55,996 bases of DNA. Source: Dehalococcoidales bacterium (GTDB lineage: Bacteria > Chloroflexota > Dehalococcoidia > Dehalococcoidales > BS750m-G39). The translations under genes were made by a program, and so were the position numbers. Positions within the stretch are counted from its first letter, which is position 1. Each line of letters starts with the position of its first letter. The stretch lies in assembly GCA_023129255.1 (NCBI GenBank), contig JAGMCH010000044.1, positions 1 through 55,996 of the forward strand, in the 5' to 3' direction. The notes beneath the pieces were generated by a model. It did no database searches, was not told where the DNA came from, and was given only the letters and a program-made list of their open reading frames with translations. Positions 15,584 to 24,548 of the stretch are shown here, in pieces.

Positions 15584-17137
15584 ATGACAATGAAGGATAA
15601 ACTGGCAAAATTAGCCGAGCTGGAAAAGCAGGCAAGGGCTGGAGGTGGAGAAAAGCGCATCCAGCAACAGCACGCCAAGGGCAAGCTAACCGCCAGGGAG
15701 AGGATTGACCTTCTCCTTGACCCGGGCAGCTTTGAAGAGCTAGACCCCTTTATTACCCACCGAGCTACCGGATTTGGATTAGCTGAGCGGCAATACCTGG
15801 GTGATGCCGTAGTTGCTGGCTTCGGTAAGATAGATGGCAGAGTTGTTTTCATCTATGCCCAGGACTTCACCGTCTTTGGCGGGACAATATCCGAAGTCTC
15901 AGCCCAGAAGGCTTGCAAGGTTATTGATTTAGCCCTTAGAAAGGGAGCGCCTATAATTGCCATATGGGACTCCGGCGGAGCCCGCATCCAGGAAGGCGTG
16001 ATGAGCCTCTATGGCGTCGGCGAAATACTGCTGCGCAATACCCTATGCTCCGGGGTTATCCCCCAACTATCAGTAGTAATGGGACCCTCTGCCGGGGGGG
16101 CGGTCTACTCACCGGCTATAACCGATTTCGTCTTTATGGTCAAAGGAACCAGTCAGATGTATATCACCGGTCCCGATGTAATCAAGGCAGTTATCAGTAT
16201 CGACATCACTCATGAAGAGCTGGGAGGAGCTAAGACTCATGCCGAGAAGAGCGGGGTGGCTCACTTCATCTCAGAGAGTGAGCCGGACTGCCTGCAGAGC
16301 GTGCGCCGTCTCTTAAGCTTTCTGCCCCAGAACAACAGGGAGACTCCACCAACGATAGCGCCTACTGATGACCCCACCCGAACAGATGAGAACCTGCTCA
16401 ACATCATCCCCGACGAGCCGACCAAGTCTTACGATATGAAACAGATAATCACCAGCGTGGCTGATAATGGTGACTTTATGGAGGTGCACCAGAGCTTTGC
16501 TCCCAACCTGATTACCGGTTTTGCCCGCTTAAATGGCAAAGTGGTAGGGATTGTCGCCCAGCAGCCGGCTTACATGGCGGGCATTATTGATATCAACGCC
16601 TCGGTCAAAGGGGCTAGATTCGTCCGCTTTTGCGATGCCTTCAACATCCCCCTGGTCAGCTTCGTTGACGTCCCCGGCTTCATGCCCGGACCCAAGGAGG
16701 AGCAGGGTGGTATCATCAGGCACGGGGCTAAGTTTATCTACGCCTATGCCGAGTCCACCGTACCCAAGGTTACCGTTATCACCCGCAAGGCTTACGGGGG
16801 CGCCTACATCGTGATGAGCAGTAAACACCTGCGCGGCGATATTAACTATGCCTGGCCTACCGCTGAGATTGCCGTCATGGGCCCGGAGGGGGCAGTAAAT
16901 GTCATCTACCGGGAGGCTATAGCTAAAGCTAAAGACGGAGATAAAACAAGGCAAAAACTGGTCGCTGAATATAAAGAGGGGTTTGCTCACCCTTATCTGG
17001 CAGCAGCCAGGGGTTATATTGATGATGTCATCGACCCGCGGGTAACCCGCCCTAAGCTGATTAGGGCGCTGGAGACGCTTGAGAACCCCAGTGATAGCAC
17101 CCGCCCGCAGAAAAAACACGGGAATATTCCACTGTAA
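15584..17137 (+). CDS. acyl-CoA carboxyltransferase (methylmalonyl-CoA carboxyltransferase 12S / propionyl-CoA carboxylase beta family)
   Basis: 517 aa. N-terminus ...GGGEKRIQQQHAKGKLTARERIDLLLDPGSF.E, with two crotonase-like carboxyltransferase halves typical of the family. Confidence 0.9.
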   Translation: MTMKDKLAKLAELEKQARAGGGEKRIQQQHAKGKLTARERIDLLLDPGSFEELDPFITHRATGFGLAERQYLGDAVVAGFGKIDGRVVFIYAQDFTVFGGTISEVSAQKACKVIDLALRKGAPIIAIWDSGGARIQEGVMSLYGVGEILLRNTLCSGVIPQLSVVMGPSAGGAVYSPAITDFVFMVKGTSQMYITGPDVIKAVISIDITHEELGGAKTHAEKSGVAHFISESEPDCLQSVRRLLSFLPQNNRETPPTIAPTDDPTRTDENLLNIIPDEPTKSYDMKQIITSVADNGDFMEVHQSFAPNLITGFARLNGKVVGIVAQQPAYMAGIIDINASVKGARFVRFCDAFNIPLVSFVDVPGFMPGPKEEQGGIIRHGAKFIYAYAESTVPKVTVITRKAYGGAYIVMSSKHLRGDINYAWPTAEIAVMGPEGAVNVIYREAIAKAKDGDKTRQKLVAEYKEGFAHPYLAAARGYIDDVIDPRVTRPKLIRALETLENPSDSTRPQKKHGNIPL

Positions 17138-17152
17138 AGCGGCAGGGATGAC

Positions 17153-17302
17153 ATGGAGGATAAAAGGAAGTTAACCGCCGCTATTATAGGTGCTATCACT
17201 GCCTACATCCAGATGGAGCAGCCACCTCCTCCGGCATTTCCCAGGGTGAAGCCAGAACCAAAGCCAATCAGTAGAAAATTCCCCGAAGGCGGGAGTAAAT
17301 AA
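17153..17302 (+). CDS. hypothetical 49-aa protein, OadG-like small subunit candidate
   Basis: Not in the ORF track because it is under 60 aa: MEDKRKLTAAIIGAITAYIQMEQPPPPAFPRVKPEPKPISRKFPEGGSK. Its TAA overlaps the ATG of the next gene (TAATG). The N-terminal amphipathic segment resembles small subunits of biotin decarboxylase/transcarboxylase complexes. Confidence 0.45.
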   Translation: MEDKRKLTAAIIGAITAYIQMEQPPPPAFPRVKPEPKPISRKFPEGGSK

Positions 17303-19206
17303 TGGCAAGGGAAAAGACAAAAAAACCGTTAAAAATAACCGACGTTACCTTCCGCGATGGACACCAGTCCTCACTGGCAACGCGAATGCGAACTGAGGAT
17401 ATGGAAGGCATCGCCGAGGAGATGAACAAAGCAGGGTTCTATTCCATGGAGGTCTGGGGTGGTGCCACCTTTGACGTCCCCACCAGATTCCTCAATGAGG
17501 ACCCCTGGGAGAGACCTCGCATCCTTAAAAGGCTGATGCCCGATACCCCCCTCATGATGCTGCTCAGAGGACAGAACCTGGTGGGCTACCGCAACTACGC
17601 CGACGATGTGGTTACTGCCTTCGTGCATCATGCCGCCGAGGTGGGTATTGACATCTTCAGGGTATTTGACGCCGTGAACGACGAGCGTAATTTTGAGACC
17701 AGCCTCAAGGCAATTAAAGAATGCGGTAAGCACGCCCAGCTTTCACTATGCTACTCCCTTACCGAGCCCAAAATGGGGGGGGCGGTATATAACATTGATT
17801 ATTATGTCAATAAAGCGCTTATCCTGGAGAAGATGGGGGCTGACAGCCTGTGCATCAAGGACATGGCCGGGCTTATCTCCCCCGACGATGCCTATAAGCT
17901 GATTACAGCACTTAAAGCAGCGCTAAAGATACCGGTGCACTTGCATACCCACTACACCAGTGGTATGGCATCAATGAGCTGCCTCAAGGCTGTTGAAGCC
18001 GGGGTAGATGTTATTGATACCGCCTTAGCTCCCTTCGCCCTGCGCTCGTCCCACCCGGCTGTTGAACCTATTGTGGTCGCCCTTCAGGGAACTCCCCGAG
18101 ACACCGGGCTTGACCTGGCTCACCTATCTAAATTAGGGCAATACTTTGAATCTATAGCCCCCAAATATCGGGACTTTATGGACACCACCCGGATGGCGGT
18201 CATTGATACCGGGGTGCTGATGCACCAGATTCCGGGAGGTATGATTACCAACCTAGTGGCTCAGCTAAGAGAGGCTGGTGCTCTGGATAGAATTGAAGAG
18301 GTCTATGCTGAATTGCCCCGGGTAAGAAAGGAACTGGGCTACCCACCCCTGGTTACCCCCACCAGCCAGATTGTAGGCATTCAAGCCGTCCAGAATGTCC
18401 TCTTCGGCCGATATAAGATGATATCAGACCAGGTAAAGGACTACTGCTATGGGTTATACGGCAAGTCCCCAGCCCCCATTGACCCCGAGGTGCAGAAGAT
18501 AGTGCTTAAAGGCTATGAACGGGGGGGGACACCCATTACCTGCCGGGCTGCAGATATACTGGAGCCAGAGTTAGACAAAGCCAAAGAGGCGACCAAAGAC
18601 ATTGCTAAGGATATAGGTGATGTGCTCATCTATGCCCTCTATCCCACCACCGGGATGCGCTTCCTGAGGTGGAAATATGGTCTGGAGGACCCACCCCCCG
18701 AGACAAAACCGAAGACCTTGGAGGATGTAAAGCGCGAAGACGAGCTCATCGCCAAGCTGAAAGCTGGTAAGTTGGCGGAGAAAGAAGCTCCACCCAAGAG
18801 GCCAGGCGTTAGAACGTTTAATGTCTATGTTGGCGATGAGGTCTATAGTGTCGGCGTGGAAGCAACCGATGGGCCACCGCCAACTGCGCCACCACCAACT
18901 GCGCCCCCGGTGGCGCCCCCGCCGGCTAAGCCAGCGGAAGAAGTTAAGAAAGTTAAGGAAAAAGCACCACCGCCAGCCGTCGCCAAAGCCAAAGAGACAG
19001 CTATTATCGCCCCCATGCCAGGGATAATAATACGCTATGAGGTAAAGGTGGGCGACGAGGTCAAGGCTAACGATGTGGTGGTTATCCTGGAAGCAATGAA
19101 AATGGCTAACGCCATAACCACCCCGGTTGGCGGACGGGTTAAAGCCATAAATTTCGCCACCGGCGATAAAGTAGCTAGAGACGATGTCCTGGCAGTAATC
19201 GGCTAG
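17302..19206 (+). CDS. oxaloacetate decarboxylase alpha / pyruvate carboxylase subunit B / transcarboxylase 5S type carboxyltransferase fused to a biotinyl carrier domain
   Basis: FRDGHQS (HMGL-like TIM barrel), a conserved PYC_OADA region, a Pro/Ala linker PPPTAPPPTAPPVAPPPAKP, and a C-terminal biotinylation motif EAMKM. Confidence 0.9.
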   Translation: MAREKTKKPLKITDVTFRDGHQSSLATRMRTEDMEGIAEEMNKAGFYSMEVWGGATFDVPTRFLNEDPWERPRILKRLMPDTPLMMLLRGQNLVGYRNYADDVVTAFVHHAAEVGIDIFRVFDAVNDERNFETSLKAIKECGKHAQLSLCYSLTEPKMGGAVYNIDYYVNKALILEKMGADSLCIKDMAGLISPDDAYKLITALKAALKIPVHLHTHYTSGMASMSCLKAVEAGVDVIDTALAPFALRSSHPAVEPIVVALQGTPRDTGLDLAHLSKLGQYFESIAPKYRDFMDTTRMAVIDTGVLMHQIPGGMITNLVAQLREAGALDRIEEVYAELPRVRKELGYPPLVTPTSQIVGIQAVQNVLFGRYKMISDQVKDYCYGLYGKSPAPIDPEVQKIVLKGYERGGTPITCRAADILEPELDKAKEATKDIAKDIGDVLIYALYPTTGMRFLRWKYGLEDPPPETKPKTLEDVKREDELIAKLKAGKLAEKEAPPKRPGVRTFNVYVGDEVYSVGVEATDGPPPTAPPPTAPPVAPPPAKPAEEVKKVKEKAPPPAVAKAKETAIIAPMPGIIIRYEVKVGDEVKANDVVVILEAMKMANAITTPVGGRVKAINFATGDKVARDDVLAVIG

Positions 19207-19247
19207 CCATCTAACCGAGCACAAATAGTCCATTTAGCAAGGCTTAC

Positions 19248-20501
19248 GTGGGTAAAACATTAGCTGAGAAAATCTTAAGCCAGAAGTCGGGAAGTGACGC
19301 CCGGTCAGGAGATATTATCATTGCCCGGGTGGACCTGGCTTTTGCCCAGGATACTACCGGGCCACTGACGGTAAGGCAATTTCAAGCCTGTAATTTAAAG
19401 CGCCTGGCTGACCCGAAGAAGACCGCCTTGTTCCTTGACCATGCTGCTCCCAGCCCCAACCGCCAGATTTCAAACGACCACCGGCTACTACGCCAGTTTG
19501 CCGGGGAGACCGGCTGCCTTATCTATGATGTTGGCGGTGGCATCTGCCACCAAATTGTGGCTGAAACCCTGGCTAAGCCCGGGGATGTCATCGTCGGTGC
19601 CGATTCCCATACGGTAACCGCCGGCGGTCTGGGGGCTTTTGCCACCGGAATGGGCTCCTCGGATGTGGCTATTGCCTTCGGTCTGGGCAAGACCTGGTTC
19701 CGAGTGCCGGAGAGCATCAAGATAGTGCTCTCAGGGAAATTTAGCCGTGGCGTGGGGGCTAAAGACCTTATCCTCTACCTCATTGGAAACATCGGGGCTG
19801 ACGGCGCTACATACAAAGCGCTGGAGTTCGGCGGCGATGGAGTGAAAAACCTGACCATGTCACAGCGCTTTACCATAGCTAACATGGCGGTAGAAGCCGG
19901 GGCTAAGGTGGGGCTTTTCCCCACCGATAGCACCACCCACGATTATCTGAAGTCACAGGGGCGGGGCGACCACTACCAGCCTTTGTCTGCTGATGATGAC
20001 GCTAGCTATGAAAGGACTATCAATATCGATTTAGCTACTGTTGAACCTTTAGTAGCCAAGCCCCATAATGTAGATAACATCGCTCCGGCAAGAGAGCTTA
20101 AAGGGACTAAAATCCAGCAGGTATTTATTGGCACCTGCACCAACGGACGGCTGGAGGATATAGCTATAGTGGCCGATATGTTGAAGGGGAAAAGACGCCA
20201 TCCAGAAACCAGACTTATAGTTGCCCCGGCTTCGCCGCAGGTTCTGCTGGCGGCTATCAGGGCGGGCTATATCTATAGCCTGGTTGAAGCTGAAGCCATT
20301 ATCCTGCCCCCAGGCTGTGGGGCCTGCCTTGGCCTCCACCAGGGGGTGCTGGCTGATGGTGAATCCTGCCTGTCCACGGCTAACCGAAACTTTAAGGGTC
20401 GGATGGGCAGCCCTGAAGCCTTCATCTATCTGGGCAGCCCGGCTACGGCGGCGGCTACGGCACTAGCCGGCGAAATCACCGACCCCAGAGAGGTAGCTTA
20501 G
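19248..20501 (+). CDS. aconitase-family dehydratase large subunit (LeuC/HacA type)
   Basis: 417 aa, GTG start. GADSHT, CTNGR and GCGACLG cluster-ligand motifs. Confidence 0.85.
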   Translation: MGKTLAEKILSQKSGSDARSGDIIIARVDLAFAQDTTGPLTVRQFQACNLKRLADPKKTALFLDHAAPSPNRQISNDHRLLRQFAGETGCLIYDVGGGICHQIVAETLAKPGDVIVGADSHTVTAGGLGAFATGMGSSDVAIAFGLGKTWFRVPESIKIVLSGKFSRGVGAKDLILYLIGNIGADGATYKALEFGGDGVKNLTMSQRFTIANMAVEAGAKVGLFPTDSTTHDYLKSQGRGDHYQPLSADDDASYERTINIDLATVEPLVAKPHNVDNIAPARELKGTKIQQVFIGTCTNGRLEDIAIVADMLKGKRRHPETRLIVAPASPQVLLAAIRAGYIYSLVEAEAIILPPGCGACLGLHQGVLADGESCLSTANRNFKGRMGSPEAFIYLGSPATAAATALAGEITDPREVA

Positions 20502-20996
20502 ATGATTAGAGGAAGAGCCTCCAAATTTGGCGATAACATCTCAACCGACCATATTACGCCCGGGCGCCTGGCTCACCTGAGAAGCAATCTCCCTGAGCTG
20601 GCAAAACACGTTCTGGAAGATGCCGACCCCACCTTTGCTTCCAGGGTAGAGAAGGGGGACTTCATCGTCGCCGGTAGTAATTTCGGTCTCGGCTCCAGTC
20701 GGGAGCACGCCCCTTTGGTGATAAAAATGGCTGGGGTAAGTGCTATACTGGCTAAATCGGTAGCCCGAATATTTTTTAGAAACGCTATCAACCTGGGACT
20801 GCCGGTGTTAATATGTGATACCGATAACATTGATGACGGGGATGAGCTAGAGGTAGACCTGGCAACGGGTACAGTCAATAATATAACCAAGGCAAACCAG
20901 CTCACCTTCGGCAAGCTCCCCGAGGTCATGCTTCGTATTCTGGATGAAGGTGGGCTCGTCCCCTATATCCAGAAGTATGGCGACTTTAAACTATAA
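20502..20996 (+). CDS. aconitase-family dehydratase small subunit (LeuD/HacB type)
   Basis: 164 aa. GSNFGLGSSREHAP motif. The start abuts the large-subunit stop. Confidence 0.85.
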   Translation: MIRGRASKFGDNISTDHITPGRLAHLRSNLPELAKHVLEDADPTFASRVEKGDFIVAGSNFGLGSSREHAPLVIKMAGVSAILAKSVARIFFRNAINLGLPVLICDTDNIDDGDELEVDLATGTVNNITKANQLTFGKLPEVMLRILDEGGLVPYIQKYGDFKL

Positions 20997-21023
20997 CCCT
21001 GAACTAGGTAAGGAGATAAGTTT

Positions 21024-22118
21024 ATGGCTTACAAGGTCACCCTTATCCCGGGCGATGGAATAGGACCAGAGGTCACTGAAGCTGCCAGGCGGGTTCTGGA
21101 AGCCACCGGCGTCGCTTTCCACTGGGATTTGGCTTATGCCGGTGATGGCGCCCAGGATTTGTTTGGCACGCCTCTCCCTGATTACGTATTTAAGTCTATC
21201 AGGGAAAACAAGGTCGCCCTCAAGGGACCGGTTACCACCCCGGTAGGCTCCGGTTTTAGAAGCGTTAACGTTGCCCTGCGCAAGACGTTAGACCTTTATG
21301 CCTGCCTCCGCCCCTGTAAAACTTACCCCGGAGCCCCCTCCCTATATAAAGATGTAGATATCGTAGTGGTGAGAGAGAACACCGAAGACCTCTACAGTGG
21401 CATTGAGTTTGAGGAGGGGACCCCAGAGGCGGCAAGGTTGCTAGAACTAATCGCTGAGACAACAGGAGACGCAGTCAGAGAGGATTCCGGCTTCAGCCTA
21501 AAAATGATTTCGGAGACATGCAGTCAGAGGATTGTCAGGTTTGCCTTTGATTACGCCCGTGCTCACCAGAGAAAAAGGGTAACCGCAGTGCATAAAGCCA
21601 ATATCATGAAATTCTCCGACGGGCTATTCCTGGCTATCGCCAGAGAGGTTGCCAAAGAATATAAGGACATTGAATTTGATGATGTAATTGTGGATACCCT
21701 GTGTATGCGATTGGTGCGAAGACCGCAGCAATTTGATGTGCTGGTTCTGCCCAATCTTTACGGCGACTTTATCTCTGAGCTATGCGCTGGATTGGTGGGT
21801 GGGCTGGGGCTAGCCCCGGGGGCTAATCTGGGGAATGACATAGTTGTCTTTGAGCCAACTCATGGCAGTGCTCCCAAATATACCGGGCAAAATAAGGTCA
21901 ACCCGATGGCAATGATGCTCTCCGGGGTAATGATGCTGCGCCACCTTGGCGAGACCAAAGCTGCCGATAAGCTGGAGAAAACCATAGCCCAGGTTATCGC
22001 CGAAGGCAAGAACGTCACCTATGATATGAAGCCGAACATACCCAATGCCAAAGTGGTGGGCACCTCACAGGTAGCTGATGCGGTAATTGAAAGACTGAGG
22101 GAGCTAAAAAATACCTAG
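21024..22118 (+). CDS. icd: isocitrate dehydrogenase (short beta-decarboxylating dehydrogenase type)
   Basis: LIPGDGIGPEV and GFRSVNVALRKTLDLYACLRP (the ICDH Ser-x-Asn substrate loop). 364 aa. Confidence 0.8.
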   Translation: MAYKVTLIPGDGIGPEVTEAARRVLEATGVAFHWDLAYAGDGAQDLFGTPLPDYVFKSIRENKVALKGPVTTPVGSGFRSVNVALRKTLDLYACLRPCKTYPGAPSLYKDVDIVVVRENTEDLYSGIEFEEGTPEAARLLELIAETTGDAVREDSGFSLKMISETCSQRIVRFAFDYARAHQRKRVTAVHKANIMKFSDGLFLAIAREVAKEYKDIEFDDVIVDTLCMRLVRRPQQFDVLVLPNLYGDFISELCAGLVGGLGLAPGANLGNDIVVFEPTHGSAPKYTGQNKVNPMAMMLSGVMMLRHLGETKAADKLEKTIAQVIAEGKNVTYDMKPNIPNAKVVGTSQVADAVIERLRELKNT

Positions 22119-23052
22119 CAAAATCAGCATCATTGGCGCTGGAAATGTCGGCGCCTCCTGCGCTCAGCGAATCGCCGAGAGAGGCTATGCTGATATCGTC
22201 CTGGTGGACATCGTCCCCGGCCTGCCTCAGGGCAAAGCGCTGGATATTCTGCAATCGGCGCCTACCCTCAACTTTGATACCAGCATCATGGGAACCAATA
22301 GCTACCAGGAAACCGCCGGCTCCGAGGTAGTCATCATCACCGCCGGCCTGTTCAGAACACCGGGCATGACCCGCGATGAGCTTCTGCTGGCTAATATGAA
22401 AATCGTCGCCGAGGTCACCAGTAACGTAGTCAGCTATTCGCCAGAGTGCATTATCATTATGGTCACCAACCCGCTAGATGCCATGACCTATCTGGCTATT
22501 CAGACCAGTAAGTTCCCCCGAAACAGGGTAATTGGCTTATCTGGCGTCCTGGATGGCGCCCGACTCAGCAGCTTTATCGCCGCCGAGCTTAAGGTATCGG
22601 TGGCAGACATCTCTGCCTGTGTCCTGGGAGCGCATGGCAGAGATATGGTGGTTATCCCCAGGCTGACCACGGTTAAGGGCACACCGCTCACCAAGCTCCT
22701 GCCCCAAGAGACTATTGATAAGCTGGTGGAGCACACCATACTGGGCGGAAGAGAGATTGTAGACCTGCTTAAAACCGGGAGCGCTTTCTATGCCCCGTCG
22801 GCAGCCGTTGCCCGGATGGCGGAGGCTATAGTCCTGGATAAAAAGGAAATCCTGCCCTGCGCCGCTTACCTTCAGGGGGAATACGGTATTAAGGACACCG
22901 TCATCGGTGTGCCGGTAAGGCTGGGCAAAAGTGGCATTGAGCAGATAATAGAATTAGAGCTAACCACCGAGGAAAAGCAAGCCCTGAATAACTCGGCCGA
23001 GGCGGTAAGGAAGCTGGTTAAGGCTATGAAATTGGACCAAAAGGAGGTTTAG
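22111..23052 (+). CDS. mdh: malate dehydrogenase (LDH-like family); non-canonical ATA start inferred
   Basis: ORF-track piece starts at 22204 (an internal Val). The frame is open from 22108 and encodes (ATA)PSKISIIGAGNVGASCAQRIAERGYADIVLVD, the obligatory Rossmann motif. There is no ATG/GTG/TTG in frame in 22108..22203. GAGGGAG lies about 8 nt upstream of the ATA. Confidence 0.8.
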   Translation: MPSKISIIGAGNVGASCAQRIAERGYADIVLVDIVPGLPQGKALDILQSAPTLNFDTSIMGTNSYQETAGSEVVIITAGLFRTPGMTRDELLLANMKIVAEVTSNVVSYSPECIIIMVTNPLDAMTYLAIQTSKFPRNRVIGLSGVLDGARLSSFIAAELKVSVADISACVLGAHGRDMVVIPRLTTVKGTPLTKLLPQETIDKLVEHTILGGREIVDLLKTGSAFYAPSAAVARMAEAIVLDKKEILPCAAYLQGEYGIKDTVIGVPVRLGKSGIEQIIELELTTEEKQALNNSAEAVRKLVKAMKLDQKEV

Positions 23053-23055
23053 AGA

Positions 23056-23400
23056 ATGGAAAGTCAATTGGAGCTTCTTGGCGATATAACGAAATATGCA
23101 ACTGGTTATAATAAGGAAGCACAACCCGATATAATGGCTGCTTATTCAGCACACAGGGATGAGGTATATAAGGCAGGTGCCCTCAGTCACAAGATTAAAC
23201 GACTAATAGCTCTTGGCATAGCACTCCGAGCCGGGTGTACTGCCTGTATTCTATTTCAGACTAAGATGGCGGTGGAAGCCGGGGCAACCAAAGACGAGAT
23301 TACGGAAGCCGTTTCAGTAGCTGTGGCTATGGCTGGTAGTACTGCTCTTGGCTGGTCATGGAGGGTAGGTAGGTTACTAGAGGAGCTAGACGTGCGCTAG
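23056..23400 (+). CDS. carboxymuconolactone decarboxylase (AhpD-like) family protein
   Basis: 114 aa. The pattern KRLIALGIALRAGCTACILFQTKMAVEAGATKDEITEAV is typical of the CMD family with a CxxC. Confidence 0.7.
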   Translation: MESQLELLGDITKYATGYNKEAQPDIMAAYSAHRDEVYKAGALSHKIKRLIALGIALRAGCTACILFQTKMAVEAGATKDEITEAVSVAVAMAGSTALGWSWRVGRLLEELDVR

Positions 23401-23404
23401 TCAC

Positions 23405-23522
23405 AGAGAGTCAAAGAGAGGCTTCGCCTCTCTTATACAACTACTTCCCCCTCCCTTACAAGGGAGGGGGATAAAGGGGGAGGGTTGCTAAGTAAAATAT
23501 CCAAGGCGGTGAGGTAGATAAA
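23405..23522 (+). repeat. E-type intergenic repeat with a second tail copy
   Basis: gagagtcaaagagaggcttcgcctctctt, then ccccctcccttacaagggaggggg, then ataaagggggaggg, then ggcggtgaggtagataaa, ending 4 nt before the ATG at 23527. Confidence 0.75.
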
Positions 23523-23526
23523 CCCC

Positions 23527-24372
23527 ATGAAAGAAATTAAAACCAGCGCCATCACCCAAGCCATAGCCCGCCTCTGCCAGGAGGCGAACTTCGGGCTGGG
23601 AGAGGACGTACTTTCAGCCCTCAAGCAAGCTCAGAAAACCGAGCAGTCGCCGCTGGGAAGAGAGGTCTTAAGCCAGCTTATAGAGAACGCCCGCATTGCC
23701 CAAGAGGAGCGTCGGCCACTGTGTCAGGACTGTGGCACAGCGGTGGTCTTCCTGGAAATAGGTCAGGAAATTCACATTACCGGCGGCGACCTAAACGCCG
23801 CCGTTAAAGAAGGGGTGCGCCAGGGCTATGCTGAAGGCTACCTTAGAAAAGCAATGGTCAGCCAGCCCTTTTCATCCCGAATAAATACCAAAGATAACAC
23901 TCCCCCCGTTATCCACGCTGAGATAGTCGCCGGCGACAAGCTGAAAATTACTGTCATGCCCAAGGGAGGCGGGGCTGAGAATATGAGCCGGCTGGCTATG
24001 CTCATGCCCAGTGATGGAAGGCAAGGCATCATCGACCTGGTGGTGAAAACTGTTGATGACGCCGGCGGTAACTCCTGCCCCCCGCTGATTATCGGGATGG
24101 GCATTGGGGGGACAGCAGAAAAGGCAATGCTGCTGGCCAAGAAGGCACTGCTGAGAAAGGTAGCCCAGCCCAACCCCGACCCCGAGATTGCCGAGCTGGA
24201 GAAGGAGATTCTAGCCCAAGTAAATGCTCTGGGCATCGGGCCGATGGGCTTTGGCGGTAACACCACCGCCCTGGCCGTCCATGCCGAGGTCATGCCCACC
24301 CATATCACCAGCCTGCCAGTAGCGGTCAACCTCCAGTGCCACAGCGCCCGCCATAAGGAGGCTATACTATAA
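23527..24372 (+). CDS. class I (Fe-S) fumarate hydratase, alpha subunit (N-terminal domain type)
   Basis: 281 aa. PLCQDCGTAVVF, MPKGGGAEN and GGTAEKA motifs of the Fe-S hydro-lyase alpha family (FumA/TtdA type). Confidence 0.85.
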   Translation: MKEIKTSAITQAIARLCQEANFGLGEDVLSALKQAQKTEQSPLGREVLSQLIENARIAQEERRPLCQDCGTAVVFLEIGQEIHITGGDLNAAVKEGVRQGYAEGYLRKAMVSQPFSSRINTKDNTPPVIHAEIVAGDKLKITVMPKGGGAENMSRLAMLMPSDGRQGIIDLVVKTVDDAGGNSCPPLIIGMGIGGTAEKAMLLAKKALLRKVAQPNPDPEIAELEKEILAQVNALGIGPMGFGGNTTALAVHAEVMPTHITSLPVAVNLQCHSARHKEAIL

Positions 24373-24545
24373 GGGGTAGATTGAAGGGGCGAAGCCCCCT
24401 CCCCTATCCCTTTTATATCTTTTCCCGCCCGCCACCCTTAAGGAGGGGGATAAAGGGAGAGTTGAAGAGAGGCGAAGCCTCTTTTGGGAGGGTGGGTGGG
24501 AAGAAAGACATAAATTAAAAGCGGGGTGGGGGAAAGGCAACTAAA
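24371..24545. repeat. composite intergenic repeat separating the two fumarase subunit genes
   Basis: aaggggtagattgaaggggcgaagcccc, then a reverse G arm cttttcccgcccgccaccctt, then gaagagaggcgaagcctctttt, then GGGAGGGTGGGTGGGaagaaag, then aaaagcggggtggggg. Confidence 0.8.
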
Positions 24546-24548
24546 AAA

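Noticed and set aside
16529-17119. 196-aa minus-strand ORF inside the carboxyltransferase gene. Similar long antisense ORFs occur at 18571..19233, 23838..24329, 33576..34112, 39562..40140, 44806..45285, 50070..50768 and 51410..52162.
   Set aside because: All lie opposite strongly conserved genes, have skewed low-complexity composition, and show no start context. These are GC-rich codon-position shadow ORFs.
18874-18930. Tandem DNA repeat (ccaccgccaactgcg twice, then related units).
   Set aside because: It encodes the Pro/Ala/Thr hinge (PPPTAPPPTAPPVAPPPA) that normally precedes a biotinyl domain. It is a protein linker, not a mobile or regulatory repeat.
22102-22125. An Icd-Mdh fusion by read-through of the icd TAG stop.
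   Set aside because: The icd and mdh frames differ (TAG at 22116..22118 is in frame 0, mdh is in frame 1), so read-through would not join them.
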